Origin: a virus | Direction: 5' to 3' (one strand) | Length of the DNA: 42,549 nt | Virus record (IMG/VR): IMGVR_UViG_3300045988_103922 | Shown here: in pieces, positions 29,592-42,100 of the stretch | How positions within the stretch are numbered: position 1 is the stretch's first letter | Layout: each line of letters begins with the position of its first letter | Notes under the pieces: generated by a model | What the model saw: the letters and a program-made list of their open reading frames with translations, nothing else | The model's database searches: none | What the model was told of the DNA's origin: nothing | Made by a program: the position numbers and the translations under genes

Positions 29592-31325
29592 ATGGGGATC
29601 AACCTGCCCCAGATGGGGAGCGTGGCCCGAACGACCACGGGTGTGACCAGCTTTGCGGGCCTTGACCGATTGCTGAAATGCCAGGAGTACGAGTTCGCGG
29701 CTATGACCAACATGGAGACGAAACAGCTGCCGGTGATGAGCACGCGCCCGCCAAGGCGGCTGCTGCGGAAGCTGCAAAAGCCAAACATGCTGGCGGCCCA
29801 CGACAGGATGTGCTGGGTGGACGGGACAGACCTGTACTGCGGCGGGCGCGTGGTGGGACAGGTGAAGGACAGCCGGAAGACCTTTGTGCGCATGGGGGCG
29901 CAGCTGGTGATCTGGCCGGACAAGGTGCTCTACAACGTCAAGACGGACACGCTGGAAAGCCTGGAAAACAAAAAGGTGACCACGGGAACGGTGAACTTTA
30001 CCCTGTGCCGGGCGGACGGAACGCCATACGAGGGCTACGCCGTGGGCAAGACCGCGCCGGAAAGCCCGAACAACGGCGACCTGTGGATGGACACCAGCGA
30101 GGAAAAAGCGGCCCTGCGCCAGTACGACGCGAGCCTTGCCATGTGGGTGAGCATCCCCACGGTGTTTACGATGATCGCGGCGGCGGGCGTCGGGGAAGGA
30201 TTTAGCAAGTACGACGGCGTGACGGTGAGCGGCTGCACGGCGCTGCCGGAATTAAACGGAGAGTTTTTCCTGATGGGCGCACAGCAGGACGCGGTGATCG
30301 TGACGGCGCTGATAACGCAGGCCGGGAGCCAGACGGAGCCGGTGACGGTGCAGCGGAAGGTGCCTGACCTGGACTATGTGTGCGAGTGCAACAATCGGCT
30401 GTGGGGCGTGAAGAAAGACGTGCATGAAATTTACGCCTGCGCCCTGGGCGACCCGAAGAACTGGAACCAGTTCATGGGTCTAAGCAGCGACAGCTACGTG
30501 GTAAACGTGGGCAGCGCCGGGGACTTTACAGGCGCGGCGGCCCACATGGGAAGCGTGCTGATGTTCAAGGAGGATTGCGTTCACACGGTAATGGGCACGC
30601 TGCCCAGCAATTTTACCGTCAGCGTGATGCAGTGCCGGGGCGTGGAGGACGGCAGCGCCGGGAGCCTGAAGCGCATCAACGAGGTGCTGTACTACAAGAG
30701 CGAGGATCACGTGTGCGGCTATGGGAGCGCCCTGCCGTCCAGCGTGAGCCAGAAGCTGCCGGAGCTGGGCGGGAACGCTGTGGGCGGGCAGATCGGCGAC
30801 CGATACTACCTGTGCGTGGACGCGAAGGACGGCGGGCGGGAGCTTTTGTGCTACGACACACAGGCGGCGGCGTGGGTGCGGGAGGACGGGCTTAACGTAC
30901 AGTGGATGGCCACGCAGGACGGGAGACTGTACCTGCTGGCGGCGGACGGCAGCCTGTACTGCACGGAGCCGGGCGCGAACGAATACGACGGCGAAGGCGC
31001 GGCAGACGAAGAGGCCCAGCCCTATGAGCTGGTGACCGGCCCCATCGGGCTGGACGAACCCTATGCCAAGTACATCAGCCGGATCCAGCTGTACGGGGAG
31101 ACGGAGCCGGGAACCAGCCTGCGGGTGGAGATCCAGTACGACGAGCGGGGCGAGTGGGAGCGGGTGTACGACGGGATGCCCACCCCGCGCCAGAGCATGG
31201 TGCTGCCCTTCACCACCCGGCGCTGCCGGACGCTGCGGCTGCGGCTGAGCGGCGTGGGCGGGATGCGGCTGTACAGCATCATCAAAAACGTGGAAACGGG
31301 GAGCGATCACTATGCAGCTAGGTGA
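29592..31325 (+). CDS. Large tail structural protein, beta-rich and possibly propeller-like
   Basis: It is 577 aa with repeated beta-strand/turn segments (DGRLYLLAADGSLYC and similar). It lies in the structural operon. Confidence 0.6.
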   Translation: MGINLPQMGSVARTTTGVTSFAGLDRLLKCQEYEFAAMTNMETKQLPVMSTRPPRRLLRKLQKPNMLAAHDRMCWVDGTDLYCGGRVVGQVKDSRKTFVRMGAQLVIWPDKVLYNVKTDTLESLENKKVTTGTVNFTLCRADGTPYEGYAVGKTAPESPNNGDLWMDTSEEKAALRQYDASLAMWVSIPTVFTMIAAAGVGEGFSKYDGVTVSGCTALPELNGEFFLMGAQQDAVIVTALITQAGSQTEPVTVQRKVPDLDYVCECNNRLWGVKKDVHEIYACALGDPKNWNQFMGLSSDSYVVNVGSAGDFTGAAAHMGSVLMFKEDCVHTVMGTLPSNFTVSVMQCRGVEDGSAGSLKRINEVLYYKSEDHVCGYGSALPSSVSQKLPELGGNAVGGQIGDRYYLCVDAKDGGRELLCYDTQAAAWVREDGLNVQWMATQDGRLYLLAADGSLYCTEPGANEYDGEGAADEEAQPYELVTGPIGLDEPYAKYISRIQLYGETEPGTSLRVEIQYDERGEWERVYDGMPTPRQSMVLPFTTRRCRTLRLRLSGVGGMRLYSIIKNVETGSDHYAAR

Positions 31326-32136
31326 GATACGGGCCAACGGGCCGCAGGACGGGCAGACGGCGGAGCAGCAGGTGCGGGCGCTGTACGAGTACGTGCTGGC
31401 GCTGAAGCGGCAGCTGGACTTTGTATTGAGCAACCTGGAAGACGACAACCTGAGCGACGACCTGCAGGAGAACATGAAGGCCGGAAGCCAGGTGGAGCAG
31501 GTGATCCGCCGGTTCACCAACGGGGACTTCGAGAGCTACTTCCGCCAGACGGCGAAGAGCATTGAAGCCAAGGTAGAAGAGGACGGCGTGGTGGCGGCCA
31601 TCAATTTAAGCCCGGAGGGGCTGAAGATCGACGCGGACCGGCTGAACGTGAACGGCGTGGTGAGCATCAACGGGTATTTCAAGGTGGGCGAGGACGGCAA
31701 GCTGTACGCGGTGGCCGGGCGCATCGGCGGGTTTGAGATCGGCGAGAAGCAGCTGTACACCGGCGAGAACAGCGCGTCCGCAGTGCCGACCCTCTATCTG
31801 GGCAGCGAAGACCTGCAGAAGAACTTTGAGGTAGGCGGCAGCGGAGCGCGGAAGGACTGGCGGCTGAAGGTGGGCAGCAACTTCGGCGTGACGGCGGACG
31901 GAACGCCCTATTTTACGGGCGGGAAAATATTGGGGGCGCAGCTGATCGAGCAGGGCGGAGGAAGCAGCATCGACGTGGGAGCGAAGGTGAAGGAGATCAC
32001 CGAAGGGATAGCGGGCCTGCTGGAACTGAACCGAGTGAAGCTGAACGCCCTGACCTTCGGCACAGCCGCGCTGGAACTGCGGGATGTGACCATTGACGGC
32101 GTGACCTACAAGGTGCTGGCGCAGGCCAGCGAATAA
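31312..32136 (+). CDS. Tail fibre/spike-like structural protein
   Basis: INLSPEGLKIDADRLNVNGVVSINGYFKV is a motif common in Firmicute phage tail proteins. Confidence 0.55.
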   Translation: MQLGEIRANGPQDGQTAEQQVRALYEYVLALKRQLDFVLSNLEDDNLSDDLQENMKAGSQVEQVIRRFTNGDFESYFRQTAKSIEAKVEEDGVVAAINLSPEGLKIDADRLNVNGVVSINGYFKVGEDGKLYAVAGRIGGFEIGEKQLYTGENSASAVPTLYLGSEDLQKNFEVGGSGARKDWRLKVGSNFGVTADGTPYFTGGKILGAQLIEQGGGSSIDVGAKVKEITEGIAGLLELNRVKLNALTFGTAALELRDVTIDGVTYKVLAQASE

Positions 32137-32151
32137 AGGGGGACAAGAACC

Positions 32152-33156
32152 ATGGCGGTAACAGTGAAGAAGCAGGAACTGCAGGAGGGAACGCCCCTGC
32201 AGCAGGCGGCCAGCGCGGCGTGGAAGCGAACCACGCCCACGGCCAACGCGGGGCAGATCACCCAGAGCTACTACACGGGAAAAACGAACAAGAGCAACTA
32301 CGAGCAGGGGCAGCCCAACTATGTGCAGAGCGACGCGGTGAAGAAGGCGGCGGAGGATCTGGCCAACGCGGAGCAGCAGAAGCCGGGGCCGTTCCAGAGC
32401 AACTACGGGGACAAGATCCAGGGGCTGCTGGACACCATCCTGAACCGGGGAAAGTTTACGTATGACTTTAACGCGGATCCCATCTACCAGCAGTACGCTC
32501 AGCGGTATCAGGAGCAGGGGCAGCAGGCCATGAAGGACACCATGGCCCAGGCGGCGGCGCTGACCGGCGGCTACGGCAGCACCTACGGGCAGAGCGTGGG
32601 CCAGCAGACCTACCAGCAGTATCTGCAGCAACTGAACGACAAGATCCCAGAGCTGCGGCAGGCGGCGTACCAGCAGTATCAGGACGAGGGGCAGACCCTG
32701 CGGGACAACCTGGGCATGCTGCAGGGGCAGGATGACCGGGACTACAACCGCTACCGCGACGACGTGAGCGACTACCAGACGGAGCTGAGCTATTTCTATA
32801 ACAAGTTCAGCGATATGAGCCAGCAGGAATACCAGCGCTACCAGAACGACCTGGCGGCGTGGCAGAAGGACAGGGACTACTGGTACAACAAGTGGCTGGC
32901 GGAGGAAGAGCTGGCGCTGAAGAAGGGAAGCGGCGGAGGCGGCGGCGGAGGAAGACGGAGCAGCAAGACGGAACAATACGTGCTGCAAAGTACGACCTGG
33001 CAGGGCGCAGCCAAGGAATTAAAAAGACTTGAGAAGCAGGGCATCCTGACCCCGGAACAGGCGGCGGAGATCGCGAAGACACAGATCCCGAAGCTGAAGA
33101 AGGGGACCACCCCCACCACAAAGACCGACAAGGGCTACACGGGAGCGACGAGGTAA
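32152..33156 (+). CDS. Q/Y-rich virion protein, possibly internal
   Basis: It is 334 aa with YQQY/QQYLQQ repeats and a GSGGGGGGGRR linker. It lies directly upstream of the giant gene. Confidence 0.55.
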   Translation: MAVTVKKQELQEGTPLQQAASAAWKRTTPTANAGQITQSYYTGKTNKSNYEQGQPNYVQSDAVKKAAEDLANAEQQKPGPFQSNYGDKIQGLLDTILNRGKFTYDFNADPIYQQYAQRYQEQGQQAMKDTMAQAAALTGGYGSTYGQSVGQQTYQQYLQQLNDKIPELRQAAYQQYQDEGQTLRDNLGMLQGQDDRDYNRYRDDVSDYQTELSYFYNKFSDMSQQEYQRYQNDLAAWQKDRDYWYNKWLAEEELALKKGSGGGGGGGRRSSKTEQYVLQSTTWQGAAKELKRLEKQGILTPEQAAEIAKTQIPKLKKGTTPTTKTDKGYTGATR

Positions 33157-33162
33157 AAGCAG

Positions 33163-36100
33163 ATGGCGAAGAAAAAGAAGACCACCAGTCAGAAGAACTA
33201 CAGCGCCCAGGACTACCTGAACATGGCCCGGGACGCGGAGAAGAAGACCCAGCGGGAAACGGAACTGCGGGAGAGCCGGACGGCAACGGACTACCTGAAC
33301 ATGGCCCGGCAGGCCCAGGGGGAGCAGCCCATCCCGAAGCGGAAGAAAGAAGACGATCAGGAAAAGGGAAACGCCGGGGAAAAGCTGAACCGGGCGGCGC
33401 TGCTCATGAGCCGGATACCGGGAGCGGGCGACCTGAAGCGGCAGGAGTTGAACCGCACGGCCAGAGCCCTGCAGCAGGCGGCAGCCCGGAGCTACAAAAG
33501 CGACGGGAAGAATTGGAGCCTTGCGGGCACGGGCAGCGTATTTGACCCCATCGGCACAACGGCGAAGCGGCGGGAATTTGAGAGCGGACTGGACACGGAG
33601 CTTTTGCAGAGCAATCTGAACCGGCTGACGGAGCAGGAGAAGCGGGAGCAGAGCGCCCAGAAGGAGCAGAACGCCAAGAAGAACGCCAGCAGCCTGCACC
33701 AGCGGACGCAGCCCAAGGAATGGATGATGCCCGTGAAGCGGGAGTTCGGCAGCCGGGTGGGCAGCGGCGTGGAGACCTTCGGCGGAGGCGGCGGGAAGAT
33801 CGACGCGCAGAAAGAGCCTGAGACGGCCCGGGAAGCCATGTTGGGGGAAAGTCTGACCGACAGGAAGGCCCGGGTGCAGAACGCCCTGTACGAGGCCGCC
33901 AGCGCGGCGGACAGGGCGCAGCGCTCCGCCTTTGACCGTAAGGGGGCACAGGAGCGGCTTGCGGAGATCGCCGGGCTGAAGCAGACGGACGAGCAGCAGC
34001 GCGAGGCGGACTACCTGGACATGGCCGAGGGAGACGATACGGCATGGCTCAGCCCGGAGGAGATGCAGACGCTGAAGGAAAAGAACGGCACCTACGGCGA
34101 GAAGTACGCGCAGGAGGAGCGGGCGCTGAACCGGGGCCTGAACCGCAGCGAGCGGTACGTGTACGAAAACGCCATGAACACAGACAGCAGCTTTGACCGG
34201 CTGGCGGAGGAAGGCCGCGCCATGGACACGCGGATGAAGAACGCGGAGGACGTGCTGGCCTATCCCCACGACGCGAAGGCGGCGGCAGAGGCGGAGAAGC
34301 TGGTGAAGTACACCACGGACGCGGAAAGAAAGACGTACTACTACACCCTGCGAACCAAGGGGCAGGAGGCGGCGGACGCCTATCTGGACGCGCTGGACGC
34401 AGACCTGAACCGGCGGAGGGGCGAGGCCCAGCTGGAAGCCACCCGGCAGACGGTGAACAGCGGAGCGCTGGGAGCCATCGGAGCCAACGCATACAGCGTG
34501 CTGAGCAGCGTGGGCGAAACGCCCGCGTATATCTCCAACCTGATCCAGTTCCTGCGGGGGCAGGACATCGACCCGTACAGCCCGGAGAACATGGTGAGCC
34601 GGGTGAACGAGGAGATCCGCAGCCAGACCACGCAGAATATTGAAAACGGCGCGCCGGGATTCCTCGGCAAGGCGCTGGGCTTTGGCTACGGCGTGGGCAT
34701 GGACTTGGCCCGGAGCCGGTACAACATGATGCTGGGCCTGGGCATGGGCGGGAACAGCAAGATCGGCAAATGGACCAGCTCCGCCCTGATGGGCACCAGC
34801 GCGGCCCAGAGCGCCCTGACGGACGCACTGGACAGGGGCGCCACGGACGAACAGGCCACGGCGACCAGCATCTTCAGCGGTATCTGGGAGACGCTGTTTG
34901 AAGAGATGAGTTTGGAGCGGCTGCTGGATCTGAAAAGCCCGAAAACCGTGCGGCAGTTTTTGACAAACACGCTGCTGCAGAGCGCCACGGAGGGCAGCGA
35001 GGAGCTGTTTACCGAAATGGCGAACACGCTGACGGACGAGCTGATCATGAAGGACCTGAGCAACTACCGGCTGAACAAGAAAGCCTACGAGGCCAGCGGC
35101 CTGACGGAGGAAGAAGCCCGCAGGAACGCCATGGCGGACGTGGCCAAGAATTGGGGCATGGCGGCGCTGGGCGGCTTTGCCTCCGGCGCTGTGGGCGCGG
35201 GCGTGCATCAGGGGATCGCTTACGGGCAGAACCGCAGGAACGAACGATTCCAGAATGCGATCAGTGCCTATGAAAAAGGCCGCCAGCAGCAGACGACCCC
35301 TCAGACGGTGGAGGAAGCGGCCAGCGCGGCGGCACAGAATGACAGATTAAATAATTCTGAACAAAATATTACAAAAACGCAACAAATGAACGAAGAGACG
35401 AACGGCGCGGCCCGGCAGACGGCGGCGCGGGACGGCTCTGTTCCGGCTGCCTACGAAGGCGGAGGAACAAGCGAAAACGTGGAGATCGACCAGCAAAGCC
35501 CGGTGAGCCGGGTGGAGAAGGGAACGGTCTACCTGCGCACGGCGGACGGCAGCGACGTGCGGGCCAGCGACGTGACCTTCGGCGACGAGCGGGACAACCT
35601 GCTGGCGGCGGAAGGCGTGGGCCGCATGAGTCCGGCGGGGATCACCGGGATGCTGAACCACTATGACGGCACGAAGGCCACGGCGAAGGAATACGCCAGC
35701 GCCTATCTGTCGGTGTACAACCGCGCCCGGGCGGGCATGACGGTGCAGCAGGCGGTATACGACAGTGCGCAGACCCGCAGCGCCCTGACGGAGGAAGCGG
35801 CCATGGCGGCCTACGCGGCGGGCGAGAAGATGAACATGGGGCGCATCGTGCCCATGACCCGGGCGGAGAAGCAGCGGCAGCAGGCGCAGCTGGATCTGGT
35901 GAGCGCCATCAACGAGAAATTTTCCAAGAGCGGCGTGAAGATCGAGATGGTAGACCGCATCGAGGGATACGGCGGGCAGGAGGCCAACGGGCGCTGGGAC
36001 AGCGAGACCAACACCATCTACGTGAGCAAAAACGCGGACGACCATGCATATGCATACATTGCCATGCATGAACTGACCCATGCCATGAAAAGCCGGAATG

Positions 36101-39100
36101 CCAGCGAATTTGAGGAATTCGGCGACTGGGTGGTGTACTACCTGAACGAAAGCGGCCAGGACGCGGACGCGCTGGTGCGCGGGGAGATGATCGCCCAGGC
36201 GCAGGCCATGGGGCTGATGGAGCGGCAGAAGGCGAACCTGACCACCGAGGAACAGCTGAAGCTGCTGGACGGCCTGAGCGAGGAACAGTACAAACAGCTG
36301 AACGAGCTGGCACAGGAGGAGCTGATCTGCAACACGGTGCCCAGCATACTGCAGAACGAGAACGTGCTGATGGACCTGTACCACACGAAGCCCACGCTGT
36401 TTGAGCGGATCAAGAACTTCCTGAAGGAGTTCATCGACGCGGTGCGCGGCACGGGCAGGGAGCTTGGGAAGACCCGGGCCTTCCAGCAGATGGAGGCCAT
36501 GGGAAAGAACCAGGCGGCGCTGGAAGACATCTACAACCGCATGGTGCAGATGGCGGAGAACGGGGAACAGCAGCGGCAGGCGGAAGAGACGAAGTTCAGC
36601 CAGAAGGAAACGGATCACTACGACTACAGCACGCCGTTTATCCAGCAGGTGGACGATCTGCTGGAAGGAAAGATACCGAAAAACGACGCGCTGGTGATCG
36701 GCGGAACGCCGGACGTGCTGAAAAACATCGGCTTCAGCAATCTGCCGATGACCATCAACACGGAGCATATCAAAAACATGAACCGCGATACGGAGCATGT
36801 ATTGAGCAGGGCGTTTATGGAGCAGCTGCCGGAGCTGATCAAGGATCCGCTGGCGGTGATCGAATCGAAGACGAGCCCGGAAAGCAGCACGGTGATGCTG
36901 CTGAACGCCGTGGTGAACGGAAAGCCGTATATTGCGCCGGTATATATAACAACGACAAGTATGCAAAATGGATTAAAAATAGACAGCAACAACATTGCCA
37001 CGGTATTCCGAAAAGGAAACGCCATCACCAAGCTGCTGACGGACGCGCTAGAAAAAGAAAACGCCGGTAAGACCGGCGTGTACTACTGGAAAAAGAAAGA
37101 GGCTCGTGACCTGTTCGAGAGCGCCGGGGTCCAATTCCCCGGAGGTTCTATGCAGGACGGCCTCATCCATAGTATATTAAAAAATGATTCCCCTGTCAAC
37201 AGGAAATTTGTGGAGCAGACTGAAACGAAGCAGTTTAAGCGCTGGTTTGGGGACAGCAAGGTGGTGGACAGGGACGGCGAGCCGCTGGTGGTGTACCATG
37301 CCACGGATGCGGAATTTACTGTGTTTGACCGTGACAAATTGGGGAAAAGAACAAAGGAACGGGATATAGAAGATTTTAACAGGAACATGGAAGACAGCGT
37401 TGGACTTTTGAGAAGCGCAGAGCTGGGCTTCTGGTTTAGCGAAAAAAATCTGGCAGAAGATGAATACGGAGGACGGGATGTACTGAAATTAGAAGATGGT
37501 AAAAGAATAGGGATGCCTGTGTATCTGAGCATTGAAAACCCGAATTACGTTGATACCTATGACCTGATGGAAACGCTCGATAACATGACCGTGGAAGAAT
37601 ATCTGCAGGAGATGGAAGACTATGGATATGACGGCCTGATCGTAACAGATCAGGAGTTTGACAATGCGACGAGCTACGTTGTCTTTAAGCCGAACCAGAT
37701 CAAGAGCGCAACGGATAATGTGGGAACGTTCGACTATTTCAATCCGGACATCCGCTACAGCCTGAAGGAAACGGACGAGAACGTGCGAAAGCAGGTAGAC
37801 CTGACCCGGGAGCTGATGGAGGAGACCGGCGGCTACCGGCTGACGCAGGCGGACGCGGAGCGGGTGATGAAGCGGGTGGCGAAGGAATTTGGCAGCCAGA
37901 CGGACGCAAGCGAACTGGCGGCGGACTTCGCCCGGGTGATGGAATACGCAAGGCAGCAGAACGCGGACATGGATCAGGTGGACAACGAGCTTTTGAGCAT
38001 TGCGGACAAGATGATCGCCAACAGCCAGCAGCTGGACGAGGAGCACGAGGAGGAAGTGAAGCCCATCCGGGAGAAACTGCGGAAGACGGCCATCAGCCTG
38101 ACGGACAGCCAGAAGGCGGAGGCGGCCAGCATGACCGGCAGCCTGGGCGCGTACCGAAAGGCTCTGTTCGGGCAGGTGAGGCTGAGCCAGCAAAGCGGCG
38201 TGAGCCTGGACAGCGTGTGGAGCGAGCTGAGCAACCTTTCCCCCACCCTGTTCCCGGCGGACACGGCGGAGGGCGATATGCCACGGCTGCTGATGGAGGC
38301 GGCGGACGCGGTGAAGCCAATCATCGAAAATCAGTACGGGCTGGACAGCGAGGAAGCGGCCCAGTACGCCGTGATGCAAATGGTGGACCAGTACATGAAG
38401 CTGCCGGGCGTGCAGACGGCGGCGAAAAATCAGAAGCGGATGGGACTGACCGCCAGCCAGTACCGGGAGCTGATGGACGCATTCCTTCAGAAGAGCGAGA
38501 AGCAGTTCCAGAGCGCTTGGGTAAAAACGTGGATGCAGAAGGAAAAGGCAATCGGCGCTCAAAAGGAGCAGGAGGCCCGGGCGAAGTATCAGGAATGGAA
38601 AAGAAAACAAATACAGCGAAATCAGGAATGGAGAAAAGAAGAACTGCAAAGCGAAAAAAACTGGAAACAGGAAAAGCGGCAAGAAATGTCGCTATGGAGG
38701 CAGGAACAGAGGAGCGCCATGCAGGAAAGCGCCAAAGAATGGAAACAGGAAAAGCGGCAAGAAATGTCGCTATGGAGGCAGGAGCAGCGGAACGCCATGC
38801 AGGAGAAATACCGGCAGTGGCGGCAGACGGACACGGAGACCCGGAAGAACCGGGAAGCGGTGAACACCTACCGCGACCGGCTGGAACGCACCACCCGGAC
38901 GCTGCTGAACTGGATGGAAAAGCCCAACAAGACCCAGCATGTGCCCATGGAACTGCAGAGCGACGTGCAGAAGGTGCTGGCGGGGCTGGACTTCAGCGGG
39001 AAGACCACGCTGGCGGCCAAGGATCTGGGCAGCCGGATCGAGGCCATGACAAACCGGATCGCAAACTTGCAGGAGAAGACCGACGAGAACGGAGCCAGCA

Positions 39101-42100
39101 GCCAGACCTTCTACCTGGAACGCGACCAGCAGATGCTGGACGAGCTGCACCATCTGGCGGCGGTGATCGGCGCGAACAACGGGAACGTGTACGAGCTGAG
39201 CGCGGCGGAGCTGCGAGACCTGAACAAGTGGATGAACGCGGTGAAGCACGTGATCACCGACGTAAACAAGAACCACGCCAAATACTATCAGGGGAAGTAC
39301 TACCGGGGCGAGAGCCAGTACGGCACCATCGAGGAAGTGGCGGACAGCACCAAGGCGGAGCTGCACCGGAAGAAAGCCTACGCGGACAAGAAGGGCGTGA
39401 CCCGGGCATGGAACGAGATGCTGGGCAAGGGCATGGTGGACTGCTTCAGCTTCTTTGACAAAATGGGAAGCGCGGGCGGAGAAGTGTTTGGCAACCTGCG
39501 GAAGGGATTTGACAAGCACATCCGCAATGTGAGCGCGGCCAAGAGCTACACCGAAAGCCTGCTGAAGGGCGTGGATCAGAAGACACTGCGGCAGTGGACG
39601 GACGAAAAGAAGCGCACGGAGTACAAGACCGACCGGGGCGAGACCATCCGCCTGAACACGGCGGAGGTGATGGAGCTGTACGTGCTGAATAAACGCGAGC
39701 AGGCCCAGAGCCACCTGTACGGGCAGGGCATCCGCACCAACGAGAAGGTGGAGCCGGTGATGCTGACCCGAGGGGACGTGCAGAACATCACGGGGACGCT
39801 GACGAAGGAGCAGAAGCAGATCGCCGACAGGATGCAAAAGTTCCTGGCCAAGGACTGCGCCGCCTGGGGCAACGAGGCCAGCCGGGTACTGGTGGGCTAT
39901 GACAAATTCGGCGAGGAACACTACTGGCCCATCCGCACCGACCCCAACAGCAACCGCACCCTGAACGCGGACGGCAGCGCGGCCAACCTGAGCTACATCA
40001 AAAACCAGAGCTTCACAAAGGAACTGACCGAAAAAGCCCAGAACGCCATCATGGTGGAAAGCATTTTCGGGACGTACACGCGGCACATCAGCCAGATGAG
40101 CGCGTACAACGCCTACGCGGTAGCCATGACGGACCTGCAGCGGTGGTTTAACACACCGGGGGTGAAGACGGAGATCGAGCGGGCCTACGGCAGCAACGGC
40201 GTGCGGTACATTACCGACCTGATGAAGCAGATCAACGGCACGGCAGACAACGGAAAGACCTTCGGCGGAGTGCCGAAACTCGTCAGCCATGCGAAAGCCG
40301 CTGCTGTAGGCGCGAACTTGAGCGTGGCCATCCAGCAGCCCACGGCCTATGTGCGGGCGGCGGACATGATCAGCCCGAAGTATCTGCGCGATGGGCTGTT
40401 CCAGAAAAGCGACCCGGAACTGGTGAAGAAGTGGTGCCCCATTGCGGAATGGAAAAGCTGGGGATTCTACGAAACGGACGTGGGCCGGGGGCTGAACGAT
40501 CTGATCGTAGACCAGAGCAACGCGCTGGAGAGGGCCACGGAGAAGAGCATGATCCTGGCGGAGAAGGGCGACAAATGGACCTGGGGAAAGCTGTGGAACG
40601 CGGTGGCGGCGGAGACCCGCGACCTGTACGCGGGCGAACTGGAACCGGGAACGGACGCCTTCTATGAAAAGGTGGGCCAGCGGCTGAGCGAGATCATCGA
40701 CAAGACGCAGGTGGTGGACAGCGTGTTCCACCGAAGCCCCATCATGCGCGACCGGGGATACAGCTCCATTTTTACCAGCTTCATGTCGGAATCCATCAAG
40801 ACCTACAACATGGTGGAGCGGGCCATTGCGAACTTTGCGGAGAACCGGAAGGATCCGGCGGCCAAGCGGCGGCTGATGCGCACCATGGCGGTGTACGTGG
40901 TCAACGCGCTGGCAGGAGCCATGGCAAAGAGCATCCCTGCGGCGGCCAGAGACGACGATAAGGAGAAGAACTACTGGGAGAAATATCTGGAAGCGCTGGT
41001 TGAAAACGGCAAGGAAAACCTTCTGTTTACCAACAATATTCCGATGATCAAGGACTGGCTGGCGGTCCTGAACGGCGAAGAGACCAAACGATTGGAATAT
41101 CAGAGCATTGAACGGCTTGCGTCTCTTTTGGCTGAAATGGATAAAGTACGTACAGGAAAAGGAAGCAAGTGGAGCGGATTCAAATGGTTCTACCGAATTG
41201 CTCAAAGCGCCAGCGACATCACCGGCGTACCGGCGTATGCGGCCATCCGGGACGCGAAGGCCATTGTGCAGACGGTGGGCAGCGCCATTGGGCAGGACTG
41301 GTACATCCCCATGGAGAACGAGACGGCCAGCTTCAGTTACGCGGCGGAAAACCTGTACGAGGCCATCCGCAAGGGCGACAGCACAGCGGAAACGCGGCTG
41401 AGGGAAAAGCTGGGCGCAACGAAAAGCCCGGCTCAGATCGACGCGGCGGTGGCAAACGTGCTGATGCAGCAGGACAGCCGGGTGGCGGAGGCGGCGGCGC
41501 TGAAGCTGCAGGGCAAGGCCACGGAGCTGAACCAGAAGAAGCAGGAGATGGTGGCGGACGGGTTTACGGCGGAAATGGTGGACAAGGCCGTGAACCGCTA
41601 CATCACCGAAGGCCAGGCCGAGAAGGAAAAAGACCTGACCAAGGAGCTGAAAGCCAACCTGTGGAGCAAGGATGAGGCCGTGACGGCCCTGCGGACGGCG
41701 GCGGGCCTGATGGAAGGAAGCGCCACGGCGGACGACGTGAAGGCCATCGTGAGCGAGCTGGTGGCGGACAGCACGGCCAAGGATCCGGCCAAAACGGTGA
41801 AGAGCGGCATCGTGAGCGAGGTGAAGAAGGACTATGTGAGCCTGATGGAGGAAGGCAAGACCACGGAGGCCAAGGGGCTGCTGCGTGTGCTGCAGGACAC
41901 GCTGGGCGTGACGGACGCGGACGCCAAGGGCTGGGTGACGGAAGGCCACCAGGAGAGCCTGCGGACGGCGGCGGAGGCTATGGACGTGCGGGCGCTGAAG
42001 GCGGCCATGACGAAGCTCAAGAAGGACGGCAAGACCGACCAGAGCATGAAGAGCAGCATTGAGGGCGTACTGAAGAAGCAGTACCTGGCTGCGAAGGAGG

